Below, in pieces: positions 14,135 to 27,162 of a DNA stretch of 64,000 bases (position 1 is its first letter; every line of letters begins with the position of its first letter). Origin of the DNA: Amoebophrya sp. A120 (taxonomy: Eukaryota; Protista; Dinoflagellata); NCBI GenBank assembly GCA_905178155.1, contig CAJINV010000002.1:4465538-4529537 (forward strand). The letters are read 5' to 3'. A model generated the notes under the pieces. That model was given only the letters and a program-made list of their open reading frames with translations. It made no database searches and had not been told where the DNA came from. Both the position numbers and the translations under genes were made by a program.

Positions 14135-15938
14135 ATGGGCGGCGAAATCCCATCGGACCTGAAGCCCACGGAGGGCAGCATCGTCGTCAAGGAAGCAGAT
14201 TTGCAGGTCCTAGCGAAATCCTTGGACCCGAGAAAAGTCACAGCAGCACTGCAGAAATTCAGGTACAGTTTCTTCTAGTTTCGATCAGGCAAAAAATATG
14301 AAGTAAGTAGTGCGATAGTGTTTAAGTTTATGTTGGTTGAGCATTTAATTTTCCGACGCCGACCTGGGAGGGGGCCGCTGCGTCCTCGCTGCCCCCAAGA
14401 TCATGCGTGCACCAGCATTCCCTACTGATTTATCGCCAACCAAAAAATCCCCCCAAATAAAAAAAATCAGGTTCATTGCAAGAACAGAAACGCTGCAGCA
14501 CCGTTTTATCGAAGCAGAAGGCCTGCTTTACGTGATGACCTGCCTCACAAGGTATATGTGGAACCCAGCGGTGTGCAGAGAAGCCTGCAACCTATTAGGC
14601 GGCTTCACGGCGCAACACAGCTGCCATGCGGTATAATTTTCTTCTTCTACGTCATGCAGAAACTAGTAGAGCTACGTGCTTCGTCCGCTTTTTCTCTTGT
14701 CCACACGATGAATTGTCATTCGGATGATGAAGTGTGAGTAGACAAGAAACGATCAAAATTAAAATTTGTGATGCAGATCATGCTCCATGACCACCTGACA
14801 TACATACAAGAAGAAAAAAAAACACCGTATCACAGCAACTTATCCGCGAGGGTGTCCTGGACGTCCTTTTTTCGCTCTATGACACCCTCAGAATGAAAAT
14901 CCTCAAAGTGGAAATATTTGTGATGCATGAAATGCGACACCAAAAAGACTGCATTGCAGAGAACGCAACGGAGGCCGACTATTGTGCTTCTACGGGTTCA
15001 GAATTGGGCTGCTGATTAGCACGAGAGAAGGGCACCCCTTTGCCTACCTAGCATGACAGACATGCTTTGAGTGCCCGGAAAATTTGTCATGCGCCGACTA
15101 GAAATGGCGCTTCGACTGGAGTCGTTTTTTTGCATTACAAATTATTTCCACTTTGAGGATTTCCATTCTGAGGCTGTCATACACTCACCTTGACCCATTC
15201 CAAGCCGGCGTTAGACCAGGAAACTGAGGTGGAAATACTACTGACTGCGGTGGAAGCTGTGGCAAACTTCACGGCAAACGCTGACAAAGAGGTACAAATT
15301 GGTACGGTGTTTTGAAGATGAAGATTTTTGCAGCAATACAAATTTTTCCTCAACACGGTCGAGTATGCAAAATGCGAATGCAGCGGCTGAATTCATCCGT
15401 CATGCTGAATTTTTCGCAATGTCAATGATGTGTTTGTGTTACAGTTAGTAACACCGCCCCCCGTCATGAAAACAAAAAAAAAACTTCTCCAGATCCGCGC
15501 GGCCTGCGTTGAGAAGGGGGCGGAACGAATGTCAGCACTGGTCAACGACGTGATACTGAAAGAAAACAAGAACCTCACGCCATCACAAGTCCACCGATTG
15601 CAGTTGAACGGGAGGAGGCTAAGGGAAAACTTGGAGAAATTGTGCAAGGCGGATAGTTGGGAAGACATGGGAAAGAGAAATCAAAGGTACTTACTATTCG
15701 AGCTAGTTTGTTAAGTTTACCTTGTGATTTTGACGTGAGTAAGATTGCTTATTTTTCCGCATGTTGACCTGCATCAGAAATTTTCCGTCAGCATCACCTT
15801 CAAAAACTGACTCAGTTGTGCCTAGTATGCATGACAAACTTGTGGAGACGCCTATAAAAAACTATCAGGTACTGGCTGAAACGAGAGGTGTATCCGATGA
15901 CAAAGCGGGGCGATCCGACTTGGAAACCCCCAAAGTGA
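14135..15938 (+). CDS. Armadillo/HEAT-repeat-like protein (~232 aa)
   Basis: Four GT-AG introns (14263-14470, 14631-14835, 15292-15492, 15687-15868) plus introner 14878 give 699 coding bp. ARM-like segments: FIEAEGLLYVMTCL, VCREACNLLGGF, LIREGVLDVLFSL, AVEAVANFTAN. Confidence 0.65.
14878..15181. mobile_element. Introner, family D-related
   Basis: TIR TATGACA.CCTCAGAATG.AAATCCTCAAAGTGGAAATA; DR CGCTC/CACTC. Confidence 0.9.
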
Positions 15939-17569
15939 GAAGATGAAGAAAAGGCAGCAGGAACACAAGAACTACTGTTTCAATTCTGTCATTGTGCACT
16001 ATGCTACATCCAGTACTACTACACTACGCTGATTTATTGCACACTATTTTTGGACCCGCACTTGTTCGATCCCAGGATCGAGTGCGACCTCAAGAAGTAG
16101 TACCTGTCGTGCTGCGACTATTAGCTGCAGCGGAATTATTACCCACAGTGATGTCAGAAAGATTTCTTGTATAAAAATGCAATATTATGCTGGATATGGT
16201 GCAAAGAACAGAGTCTTGTACAATGCAGTTGATGAAGAAAGTGTTTTACAATTTTTATCCGAGCCAATGAATCGTTATCCAATTATCCAAAGTTACACGG
16301 AAAAGTACTATCCAAGCCAATGCCAAAGCCAATTTTATCCATTTGTTACAATTTCCAGACCATCTTCAGAAGAATCGTTTCATCGCCTGCATGCGCAAGC
16401 GTAGACTTCTCTGATAGTTCGAGGAGGCTACGCTGCAATTTTGGTCACAGATTGTCATGAACACTGTATCCAATAGATTTGTTATCCACAAAAATGTGCC
16501 TGTAAGATGACGCAAGTGCAAAAATAAATCCCAATCAATGAGGTTGGCTCGCTTCTTACTTGTCGATGCGTTCCCGTCCTGCTACCATTCTAGGGTCACA
16601 AATTCCTTTTGTAGCTACTGAAGTCGTGCTGCGTTTATTTGAAGGCTACATCAGTATGAATTTCGTAGTAGCTGCGCCAAAGCTGTGCGTTGTAACTACC
16701 AATGAAGAACTCTGATGTACAAATTGTCGGTGAAGAGTAGACGCATGGCTCGGTCTTTGCTGCCCCGAAACAAAGCACAGAAATATAGAAATGCTCGGTC
16801 TGCAGTTTTCGTTTGGAATGTCTACTCGGTAATATCTGCGCGCCAATGCTGCAGCTGCAGTACGAGTATCGTCCACCGTGATGTATTTTTGTACCTTTGG
16901 AGGCAATCGTCTTTGTCTTACTTTGCGTTTGCTCGGTCGTGCTGTATCGAAATAAAACCGCGCCATCTTCGGTAGAAAAAAATGTCCGTAACAAGAGCGT
17001 TGTGTCGGTCTCGGTGTTGTAAAATCTCATATGTCGGTCGTTCTTTCCCGTCCGCCTCGGTTGCATCTGTTGGCGATTGTAGCAACGAAGATGCAGCAAG
17101 TACTAGAAGGAGATAGAATAGTAGTTGCACGACTCTTGCCCTAGTAGATCGTGAACTTAGCCTCACTAGCCACCACAAGGGCAAGAGATCGAATGACTCC
17201 TGCACGAAACACGCAGAAGAGGCACTTCTGGCGTTCATTGCAGTTTTGCATTCAAGAGGCTTTATTTCGACTTCCCCACTGCAAAATGAATTCTTCAGGA
17301 AGAAAAACTTTGTTTTTCCTAACAAAACCCGCGAACACACTATTCTTCCGACAATTTTCCAACGTATTCACACTGTAATTTATTCCACAGCCACGAATTC
17401 TAAAAACAATTTTGTACAATTTTCAAATACAAATCCATCTCAAACGCTTGAATCAACAACTACTTGTTCTACTTTCAAACTTTCTTTTTCGACAACGGTC
17501 GCACCGGCTAGAGTTCTCTACGAAATACTGAAACCTCTACCCGATTCCCGACCACAACAACCTACGATC

Positions 17570-20500
17570 ATGTCGACCAACAACCGTTCCAGCGGTCGCT
17601 CCAGCGGGAGCCGGCAAAGTACCACTGGAAACAACAACAAGAACCAGTCGTCTACTTCTTCGACCCGCGCCCTCCCGTTCACGATTTTCTACCAAGACGA
17701 GGACGGAAATCCCCGGGAGATTCAATTCACCCAGGAGGAGAAAGAAGTCCTGTGGCGCAAGCTGGACTACCCGAGCGAACAGTTAACAACTGTGGCGGAC
17801 ATCAACACCGCTTGCGACCTGATTTTTCCAACCGTAAAAACCCTGAACGACAAAGTCGCTCTGGAAAAGTGGATCAGTTTGCCACCGGAGGCGCTGGGCA
17901 CGCAGTCCCAGCAGGAAATGGACACGCAGCACCCGCAGCTGTCGCTGCTGCACGAGGAGGACGACTTTTTCGACGAAAGCGGGGAGGTGGACAACTCCGA
18001 CGTGGTCCAGTTTGCATTTTTGCTTCGCACCGTGCTTTCCCGGAAATTCCCCGGGAAGTTTTGCTCTCCCTTCATCGTGCGGTTTTCGGATTTGGATAAC
18101 CCGGACGACAAGGGTTTGTACGAAACGGAGCAGCAAGCTCTGAAGCGCGATTGCGCGATGGCTCTTGCTCGGATTTTGGAAACCGGCGGCCGCGCGTCCG
18201 AGCAGTCGAAGGGCAGCCCGAAGTTGAACGCGAATTCGCAGCGGAAATTCCCGAGTGCCGTTTCTGCAACAGCGGGATCGGGAAAGACGAGGCTTCTAGT
18301 CACCGCGAGGAAGGTGCCAGATGTGGTTTTTCACGAAAAGGAGCAGTCTTCCTCTGGTGTTTTCCAGAAAGACGCCGTGATGGGGGAGAAGAACTGGCAC
18401 CGGGCGGTGTCGGAAATTGTGGGGAAATTCCGGCTGGAGTGCGGCTTTTCCACGCGCTCGTTTCCGACCTTAATCGGCGTGTCCAATTCGACGAATCTGA
18501 AGCAGAAGCAACACGTGTACAAGTGCGAGGAGTTGATCCACAATGGGAATTTTAAAATGGCGATGTCGGACATGAAAACCAACACCGTGAACTTGGTCGA
18601 GTTGAAGGAGTTGTGGATTCTCTACACGCTGTCCCACCCCCACGCGGATCGGCTGGTGGCGGAAATTGTGATGAAGAACATGGACAAAATGCTTTCCCCT
18701 GTCGGCGTCGACAACCGCCGGCGGTTCAAGATCCCGATGCTGCCGCGCTCACTGGAGAAGAAGCGGATTGCGCGGCGATTGGTATGCAATGTAAATTTCC
18801 CGTACATGTACAAAATGCATGACAAATTCCGCTAACTTGCAGTGCGCAACTTGTCATGCTAGACTAGGATTGAAGGCAAGTTTTGTCATGCAGAAACTGC
18901 ATTTGTACGCGTACGGGAAATTTACTGTGGATAGTTGGCGTTGGAAAACGACAAGGGATGCTTGGTGTTGTTACACAACGCGTCGGTCTTTTACGTGGAT
19001 CACGATCGGGCGAACACCTTGTCGACTTTGTCGCCGTCCGTGGAGGGGACGGGAAATCAAAAGCCGCATCATGTGGTATAAAGTAAAACTCAGACCACAT
19101 CAAGTGCCCCTTTTTATGTACTTCTGGATTCCTTCTTCACGATCACGGATTTGTGTTGCACGAAACGCTTTTGATATGCGCGATCTGTTTCCTAGATGCT
19201 TATGCTTTATCGTTATTCATGTTCAATAAAACTTCACTATCAGCTCGCCGTCCGATCCCCGGATCCGATCAAGAAACACCTATCCAGTGCAAAACAAGTA
19301 TCGTACTCGTATAAATGCATTACAAATTTCCTCTGCGTGGTGAGAAATAAAATCTGTAATGCTGATTTACCTTAAGAAAAAGATTTGTAATGCATGATCG
19401 CAGTACGAGTGCGATGCTTTTGCAGTGCATAACACCAGGAGTTCGACAAGGACGGCACGCACTACATGTCGGACTACTACCACATTGAGAAGCAGACCCA
19501 GTACGACGACGGGGAAAAATTGGTCACATCCGTCGACCGGACCATCACCGCCCAGTCGAAAGGCGGCGCGGAGATGGACATCACCGTGACCCACAACGTG
19601 GTGACGGACTATTTGCCCGATGGGGAAAAGATCACGAAAGACCACGTGTCCGCCCGCATGCACCGGGAGCTGATGGTGAAGAAGGACAATGTATGGAAGT
19701 GTCAGGATTCAAATCGACAAAGTTGAAATAATTAATATTTACATTGCTTGACTTCCGGGCTCTGGTAACGCATACCCCCGGCGACAGGTGACCTTGACAG
19801 GCGACCTCGACAGGTGACCGCGACAGGTGACCTTGACAGGTGACCGCGACGGGTGAACGCCCTGCCTTCTCCCACTAGTGCTTCGCGCACTAAGCCACTA
19901 TGCGCGCGCCTGGTGTGAGGCGAGGGGCGGACGCTGTCCGCCCCGATGCCGAACACCCTTCCCCCACTAGCGCTTCGCGCACTAAGCCACTATGCGCGCG
20001 CCTGGTGTGAGGCGAGGGGCGGACGCTGTCCGCCCCGATGCCGAACACCCTTCCCCCACTAGTGCTTCGCGCACTTCTGAGCCACCATGCGCGCGCCTGG
20101 TGTGAGGCGAGGGGCGGACGCTGTCCGCCCCGATGCCGAACACCCTTCCCCCACTAGCGCCACTAGGGACGGGCACAAGGCCCCAGCGTGGGGACCCTGT
20201 CCCCACGCTCGGGTGGGCCTTGTTTATCATGCAGAAACTGCAAGGCATGGAGCGCCTCTCTTGCAGGGATGGCAAGCGAGGCCAACTGTCAGCCTGTTTG
20301 GGGTCTGCCTCTGCGATAGAGCTACTAAACTAGCATGACAAAAAATGCCTGCTGTCCCTAGACAGCATGACAAACTGGATTTAGACGGCGCCGAAATTTG
20401 TCATGCACCGCTTAGAAATTGGGCTTCCAACTGGGATCGACTTTATGCATTACGAGTTATTTCAACGTTGTCGATTTCAATCCTGACACCCCCATACCAT

Positions 20501-23500
20501 GGATTTGTGTTGTACACGGAGACGGACACGGAATCGCACGACGAAATCATCGACGAAATCCCGCTGATCGAGGTGCAGTTTTCCGACCGCACCCTGCTCC
20601 GCATATGCATTGCAAATATGTCCGGGTCTGGAAGGATGCAACTTGTGATGCTGTCATCTTTGGATGCTAGAAAAATCTGTATTGCATGACCAGCAAGAGG
20701 ACTCCAGTTTGTGCTACGCCACGAAAAGGGCATTTGTCATGCGGAAGAGGCATCAGCAAGCCATCTGCAAGTTTGTGATGCTAGGGCGTGCATTACAGAC
20801 GTCATGGGTAATACAAAACCTGCATGACAAGTCTAGCACTCGTCTTCCAGACCCAGTAGACACATTTGCACTTGATACCGCATCGCCAACTACAATGATT
20901 GGCACCGGGGCCGGAAGCACGGCAAAGACCAGGGGCTGCGGCGGTCGATGGACCTCGAGCGGTACATCCGCGACGGGGGGAAACGGTACGTGAAGGAGTA
21001 CTTCCAAACTGGGACGAACACTGACGGCTCCGCCTCGCCCAACAAGTACCCGTTATCTCCCCTGGTTTCCGGGCACAAAATGGCAGCAGCCTCTACTTCC
21101 TCTTCCACTTCCCTTGCGATCTACGACCCGAAGAAGGCCGGGTCGAACCAATTGGTTATCAAGAACGATCCAGCTTCTACGAAAAACCACCGGCTGTACG
21201 AATGTGTTTCCTCCTTCTCCGTCCCGGGCCAGCCGAAATTCGTGCTGATCGACAACCCGTGGAAATTCGCCGTGGCTTTACGCAATGCAAAAGCATCGTA
21301 CTAGTATAGATTGCATTACAAATTGACTTAGCATGACAAATTGAATTTGTAATGCGGATTTGCATAAAGAAAGAGATATGTAATGCATAAACGCAATTAG
21401 TACGAGTGCGATACTTTTGCACAGGATAGACTTTGGGCAATGTGGATTTGTTGCAGAAGTTACTCTCCACCTACCCTCAGTACTCTCCCGAGGCGTGTTT
21501 GGACGGAAGCCGGATCTACGACTTGCTGTTTTCCCAAGACCCAACGCGGTACGGGCAAATGGCCGTGCAGTTTTCCCGGCAGTCGGCCACGCGGATGTTG
21601 GAATTTTTGTTGGCCCACCCGCTGTCCAACCCGCATTGGTTGTTGCACATGCTGCTCGTCTGCTTCCACGAGTCGCAGCAGGGTTCTTACACGTACAATC
21701 TGATGACGGGAAAAACTGCGGCGCGGGAGTTGCCGATGGACTATGTGAATTTGATCCTGGCCGCGGTCGGGCTGTCGACAAAACATCGCTCCGTGCGGTC
21801 AGATATCCTGTGCAAAAGTATCGTACTCGTATATTGCGATCATGCATTACAAATCTTGTTCTTAAGCAAAATCCGCATTACAAATTTTTTTTTCCCATGC
21901 TGAGGAAATAATTTGTGATGCATTTTATATACGAGTACGATACTTTTGCAGTGCATATCGGAGCTGTTTTTGACCTTTGTGCGGAAGGAACAAGAAGCGC
22001 AGCAGCGGATGGCGGATCTGCAATTGCAACTTCAAACGTTAGTGGACATGCAGAACGCGGCCGAGGCAATGGGCATTACCGGAGACATGTTTGCGCCGAA
22101 GAGCAAGAAGGTATTTTTGAATTTAGTTTATAGAGGAATTGAAATTAAAGTTGATGGATCTAGCTGTTGTACGTATTTTTGAAAAAATTGGGGACAGTTT
22201 TTAGTGCTTGACATCAAAAACAGGGTTTGCGGTCGAGTCTGCTTTTCATAAATTTTAGCCTTAGAAGAAATAGAAGATCGATAAAACCACGCAGCACAAG
22301 ACCTCTTTGAGTACTAAAGCAATACCAAAAAACAACAGCGTTCCGCCGGCATGTCCGAAAAAACCTCCCAGCAACAGAAAGAGCAAGCACAGGACCAGGC
22401 GAAGATCGACGAAGTGAAAAAAGCCATTCAGGCGACGAAAGCTCTGAAGGAGCGACTCGCCTGGGGGCTCTACCATCTGATCAACTTGAAGGACAAAATG
22501 CACCACAAATTCAACATTAATGGCTCTGTCGCGTTGCCCGACCAGGGCTTGTCCGACCTGTCCCTCCTGTCCGTGTGCGTGGTGCAGCACCGCGAGCCCC
22601 AGCGGGCGTACTACCAGAAGACCATCGAGTCCAGGTTTGGCCCGGGGAGCAAGCGGTTGCCGACGGTGTTTGTCAAGCAGGATGGGAAGCAACAGTCGAA
22701 ATCTGAATACTGGGATATGGCGTTCTCAAACGTTACGCTCTCAACTGTTTTACATGATTTGTCATGCAAAATTATCATCAGCATCTACGCGATCAAGCTG
22801 TTCCGCATGACAAATTCAGAAAGGGGTAAATAGCATAGGAATCCTCGAGTTTCCAAATTTGTATTGCAAGAGGCGCAAAATATTCCCGCGGTAATTTTGC
22901 TGCTCTTGCATTACAAATTCATGTACCAGTTGAGAATGTAACATTTGAGAACGCCATATGGGACAACCATGCGTTCTCGAACGACGACCCCAGGCCGTTG
23001 GACATGGACGTGTTTTGGAAGCCGCTGTTTCTTGTCTTAAACCACGACGATGTCGACGTCAACCACGTTTCTCCTTCCACGGGCAAGACCGCTCTCCACC
23101 TCGCGTGCTTGTCCGGGAACGTGGAGGCGGTGGAGTTGCTTTTGAAGCACCCCTTGCTCAAACTCGACATCAAAGCGGGTCACAACGACGGCAGAACCGC
23201 GCTCGACATCGCGCTCGACCAGGAAATGCGGAAGGATTTGAACCCGGAAGAGATGCAGCGGCGGATTTTGCTGACTGACATTCTCTTACTGGATTCCCGT
23301 ATGATGCCAACTATGACGAAAAAGTCTGGAAGGGGAGTGTCCGGCGGAGGCAGTGGGGGTAATGTTTCAGGGGGTCGGTCCTCTGGAGGCGCTTCCAGCT
23401 CGAAGGCCAGCCCCAGTTCCTCGCCGAAGCTAAACGCCACGGCGTACATGCGCGCCATCCCCGGGTCCCCGACGGACATGTATCACAAGAAAAAGTGTTA

Positions 23501-26500
23501 ACGTTAACGGTTTTTACAGATTGCGGCCATGCGTCACAAATGTAGCCCAATACGCATGCTATACATGACAAATTTAGGCACGTTTTGTGCTGCGTTGCTG
23601 CATTACTTTACAAATTCAAACTCCGTTAATGCTACCACTTTTTCCTGTGATAGCATGATGGTCAGGATCAAGGACAGCCCGGCGACCCCGATTCCGGAGC
23701 GCATCAATTTGGTGCGGAATTACGTTTCGAATCTGACAAGCGAGCAGGAGAAGCCGGAAGCCGTGTCCGGGATCGGCTCCGCGTCGAGTTCCTCCTACAT
23801 GAACTACTCGTCCGGCCTGAGTCCAACGATGAAGGGAAAAAACTACGCATCGTGGTACAACGAGTACGATTTCCAGCTCTTCGATAAAAAATTGGCCGAC
23901 AACTACGCAGGCGCTGGGCGGAAATTTGGCAGTGTGAAACATCAAGATCAAGAAGTTGAGGACAGGGTTTCGGTCGGCGTTACTGCAAGAACTTCTAACG
24001 CGGGGAAGGGAAAAAAGGACAGCAGAGTTTCTGTCGGCTCGAACAAAAGCGCCGCCGGGACTGGTACTGCACCGGCGAAAAGTACAGCGGGAGCTGCAGG
24101 TGCGAAGAAGCAGAAGATGGCTACTTCATCCGCGATGAAGAAGCAATCAAAGAAATCTGTTGCAGAAGTAGACGAGTCCTCTGGCAAGGAAATCAATTTC
24201 GATGACGAGTACCTGATTCCCGACGACGAATTCTCGAAGTATTCCAAGAAGAAGATGAAGCTGCCGGATGAAGCGCTGGAGAAGGGCAAACTCCCCGACG
24301 GCCCGCTGTTTGGGAAATTACCGGACCGCGCGCTGTTCGGGAAATTACCGGACAAACGGCTGGAGCCGAAGAAGAGCGGTGGGGGTGGCGGTAGCAGCTC
24401 CATGAAGAAGATGGGTAGTGGTGGTGGTTCGTCCTCGTCAAGTTCGTCTGCCGCAGCAGGGGCCGCTTCTAGCATGAAGAAGATGATGGCCGCCGCTGCA
24501 GCAACCCCGATGAAAAAGATGGTGACTCCGATGAAGAAAAAGGCTGTGTCGATGAAGAAAATGATGGCAGCAAGTACGCCGATGAAAAAGAAGATGGCCG
24601 CTACCACGCCCATGAAAGCTGCTTCTGCGAAAATGGCCGCCGTCGTGAAGAAGCCTGAGCCAATGAAGAAAATGTCGATGGCTGCTGTGATGAAGATGAA
24701 GAAGTCTTCTATGAGCATGAAGAAAATGATGTCGTCTTCCATGAAGATGGCCTCCACCTCTGTTGACGTTTCGGAGAAAATGAAAAGCAGTAATTCTAGT
24801 AGCCAAATGAAAATGGCAGCGGCTGGCTCGTCGAGCAGCAGTTCCAGTTCTTCGATCGTGGTTTCCGTTGAGAAGAAAAAATCTACCTCGATGAAAAAGA
24901 TGTCCATGGCGAAAATGTCTATGGCGAAAATGTCGATGGCGAAAATGTCCATGGCGAAGATGTCTACCAGCATGAAGAAAATGTCCATGGCAAAAATGGC
25001 AGCAGCAGCAGCGGTCCCTGCAGCTCCGATGAAGGCAGAACCCAAGAAGCCGGCGCCGAAAATGAAGATGTCCTCATCTATGGCGAAAATGATGAAAGCC
25101 GCTGCTCCGGCTCCAGCACCAAAGATGATGTCCATGGCGAAAATGATGAAAGCAACTCCAATGGCCGCGATGAAAAAGTCGTCCTCGTCTACTATGAAGA
25201 AGATGATGGAAGCCGCGCCCGTTGCAGCACCGCCAGCTCCGGCCGCCCCCCCGAAGATGAAGTCGATGCAGAAGATGATGAGCATGAAGATGCAGGCTGT
25301 GGTCAAGGTTAGTTCTTCGAAGATGAAAATGACCAGCATGAAGAAGATGGCAACTGCTGCTGCTCCGGAAAAGGCGCCGAAGCCCGCCCCGGTCATGAAG
25401 ATGGCGTCGATGAAAAAAACACCTTCTCCGATGAAAATGGCCATGGCCTCTGCTTCGATGAAAAAGATGGCCGCCGCAGCCCCGTCGATGAAGGCATCGG
25501 CTGTTTCAGTGTCGGAAATTTCGAAGAAGATGATGAGCAGCATGAAGATGGCAGCTTCAAAGCCGATGAAAGCAGTCGCGCCGCCTCCTCCGGCTATGAA
25601 AATGGTTTCTATGGGGAAAATGAAGGCTTCGCCTTCGGCTTCCACTCCGATGAAGATGGCAGCTGCCTCGTCTTCCAAAAAAGCGTCTGGCGTGTCGGTC
25701 TCCGAGACTGCGAAGAAGATGATGAGCAGTATGAAGATGATGGCTGCTCCCACACCCCCTCCGATGAAGATGTCGATGGCGATGAAAGCTAGTAAACCTG
25801 TATCACAGGAAAAAGTGTAGTTATCGTTGACGGTTTTCATAGATTGCAAAAATGCATGACAAATTTTGCCTAAAATCCGATGACGCATGACAAATTTTGG
25901 CACGTTTTGGAATCCATTTCTGCATCACAAATCCCGTTAAGGTTAACACTTTTTCCTGTGATAGCCTGTCGCTATGAAGAAGGAAGTGGCGAAGAAAGCG
26001 GTCGACATTTCGATTTCGGTTTCCAGTGCCGCGAAGGCAAAATCGCCGTGTGAATTGCAAATATGTCTGGGTCTGGAAGAGTGCAGGACTTGTCGTTGTC
26101 ATCCACATTTCGCATGACTCATGATGTCTGTGATGCATGCCCTAGCATCACAGACTTTTTGGCGGCATTCTGATGCTTATACTGCATGAGAGATGCCCTC
26201 TCCGTGTAGCAAGAAATGGACCTCTTTAATATTTGCTGATCATGCAATACAGATTCTGTGTAGAATCCCGAGGCTGCATCACAAGTTGCAACCATCCAGA
26301 CCCAGACACTTTTGCACTTGATACGCCGGTCATGAAAGCAACATCGCCGGTGATGAAAGCTGCAGCTGCGAAGAGTCCTGCCGTTATGAAGGCTAAAACA
26401 CCCATGAAGGCTAAAACACCTCCGCCGATGAAAGTGAAAACGACCGTGATAAAGTCCAGCGTGATGATATGGAAGCGTCAGGTTTGAAATCGTCAAAGTT

Positions 26501-27162
26501 GAAATAATCTGTAATGCATAAAATGCATGACCCGCGGTGCGTGTGTTGCAGAGCAGGCAAGTGAGGCCGATTGTAAGCCTGTTTGGGGTTACAGCTCGAG
26601 CTGCTAAAATAGCATGAGAAAATCGCTCTTCTTTGCCTAAACAGCATGACAAACTCGATTTAGGGACCACCGAAATTTGTCATGCGCCACTTGGCAACTG
26701 GGTTCCAACTGGCATCCATTTTATGCATGACAAATTATTTCAACTTTGTCGATTTCAACTCTGACACATCCATAGATGAAAAAGCCTGCGAAATCGCCGA
26801 TGAAGGCGCCGACACCAGCCATGAAAGCAAAATCGCCCATGAAGGCCCCCGCTCCACCAGCCATGAAAGCAAAATCCCCCATGAAGCAGGCTGCTACACC
26901 CGCAATGAAAGCTGCGCCACACCCGAAGTCGCCAGTGATGAAATCCGCAGCGAGCAGCAGTTCTTCTTCAAGCTCGTCGTCGAAAGGCGGGAAAAAGGAC
27001 ACAGACTGGCTCACGGTTTTGTTCAAGAAGATCAACAAGTCGGGCTCCGGCGCGCTGAATTACAAGGAATTCTTGAACGCGGCGAAGGGAAAGAACAGCA
27101 AGGACGGAAAATTGCTTACGGCGTTGACCTCAAGGGTAAAGAACGAGGGGAAGAAAAAGTAA
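17570..27162 (+). CDS. Ankyrin-repeat protein with long Met/Lys-rich low-complexity region and C-terminal EF-hand-like motif (~2098 aa)
   Basis: 11 introners plus GT-AG introns 19076-19243 and 22111-22338 give 6297 coding bp. Ankyrin motifs GKTALHLACLSGNVEAVELLL and DGRTALDIA (~23080-23215); EF-hand-like LFKKINKSGSGALNYKEF. Could be two genes if 22111-22338 is not an intron. Confidence 0.7.
18783..18933. mobile_element. Introner family J
   Basis: TIR TAT.....GTAAATTTCCCGTAC..GTACAAA; DR ATTGG/GTTGG. Confidence 0.9.
19281..19431. mobile_element. Introner family A
   Basis: Family A TIR; DR ACACC. Confidence 0.9.
19783..19856. repeat. 13-bp tandem repeat GACAGGTGACC(TT/GC), about 6 copies
   Basis: Read directly from the sequence. 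Confidence 0.85.
19871..20160. repeat. 92-95-bp tandem repeat x3, each with hairpin GGGGCGGAC-GCT-GTCCGCCCC followed by CACTAG
   Basis: Units start at 19871, 19963 and 20055, with a partial unit at 20150. Confidence 0.9.
20604..20877. mobile_element. Introner family B
   Basis: Family B TIR; DR CCGCA. Confidence 0.9.
21279..21428. mobile_element. Introner family A
   Basis: Left end TAC; DR GGCTT/GACTT. Confidence 0.88.
21804..21957. mobile_element. Introner family A
   Basis: Family A TIR; DR TCAGA/TCGGA. Confidence 0.9.
22716..22958. mobile_element. Introner family F
   Basis: TIR TATGGCGTTCTCAAA.GTTAC..TCTCAACTG; DR TGGGA. Confidence 0.92.
23481..23652. mobile_element. Introner family C
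   Basis: Family C TIR; DR ACATG/GCATG. Confidence 0.9.
25801..25963. mobile_element. Introner family C
   Basis: Family C TIR; DR ACCTG/GCCTG. Confidence 0.9.
26049..26323. mobile_element. Introner family B
   Basis: Left end TGT; DR CGCCG. Confidence 0.9.
26468..26774. mobile_element. Introner family D
   Basis: Family D TIR; DR GATGA. Confidence 0.92.

Larger units (their letters stand above)
19732..20222 (+). mobile_element. Non-autonomous Helitron-like element nested in an introner
   Basis: Starts TTAATATTTACATTGC; ends with hairpin AGCGTGGGGAC-CCT-GTCCCCACGCT then CCTTG; no TSD; inserted A^TTTATCATGC. Confidence 0.7.
19692..20496. mobile_element. Introner family D carrying a nested 491-bp insertion
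   Basis: TIR TATGG..GTGTCAGGATT.AAATCGACAA.GTTGAAATAA; DR CAATG/CCATG; 314 bp without the insert, matching the family size. Confidence 0.9.

Noticed and set aside
17246-17569. N-terminal extension of ORF 17246
   Set aside because: Non-ATG start and AT-rich, UTR-like composition; ATG 17570 is preferred.
23948-25903. 651-aa minus-strand ORF rich in I/F/A
   Set aside because: Antisense shadow of the Met/Lys repeat exon, and it starts inside an introner.
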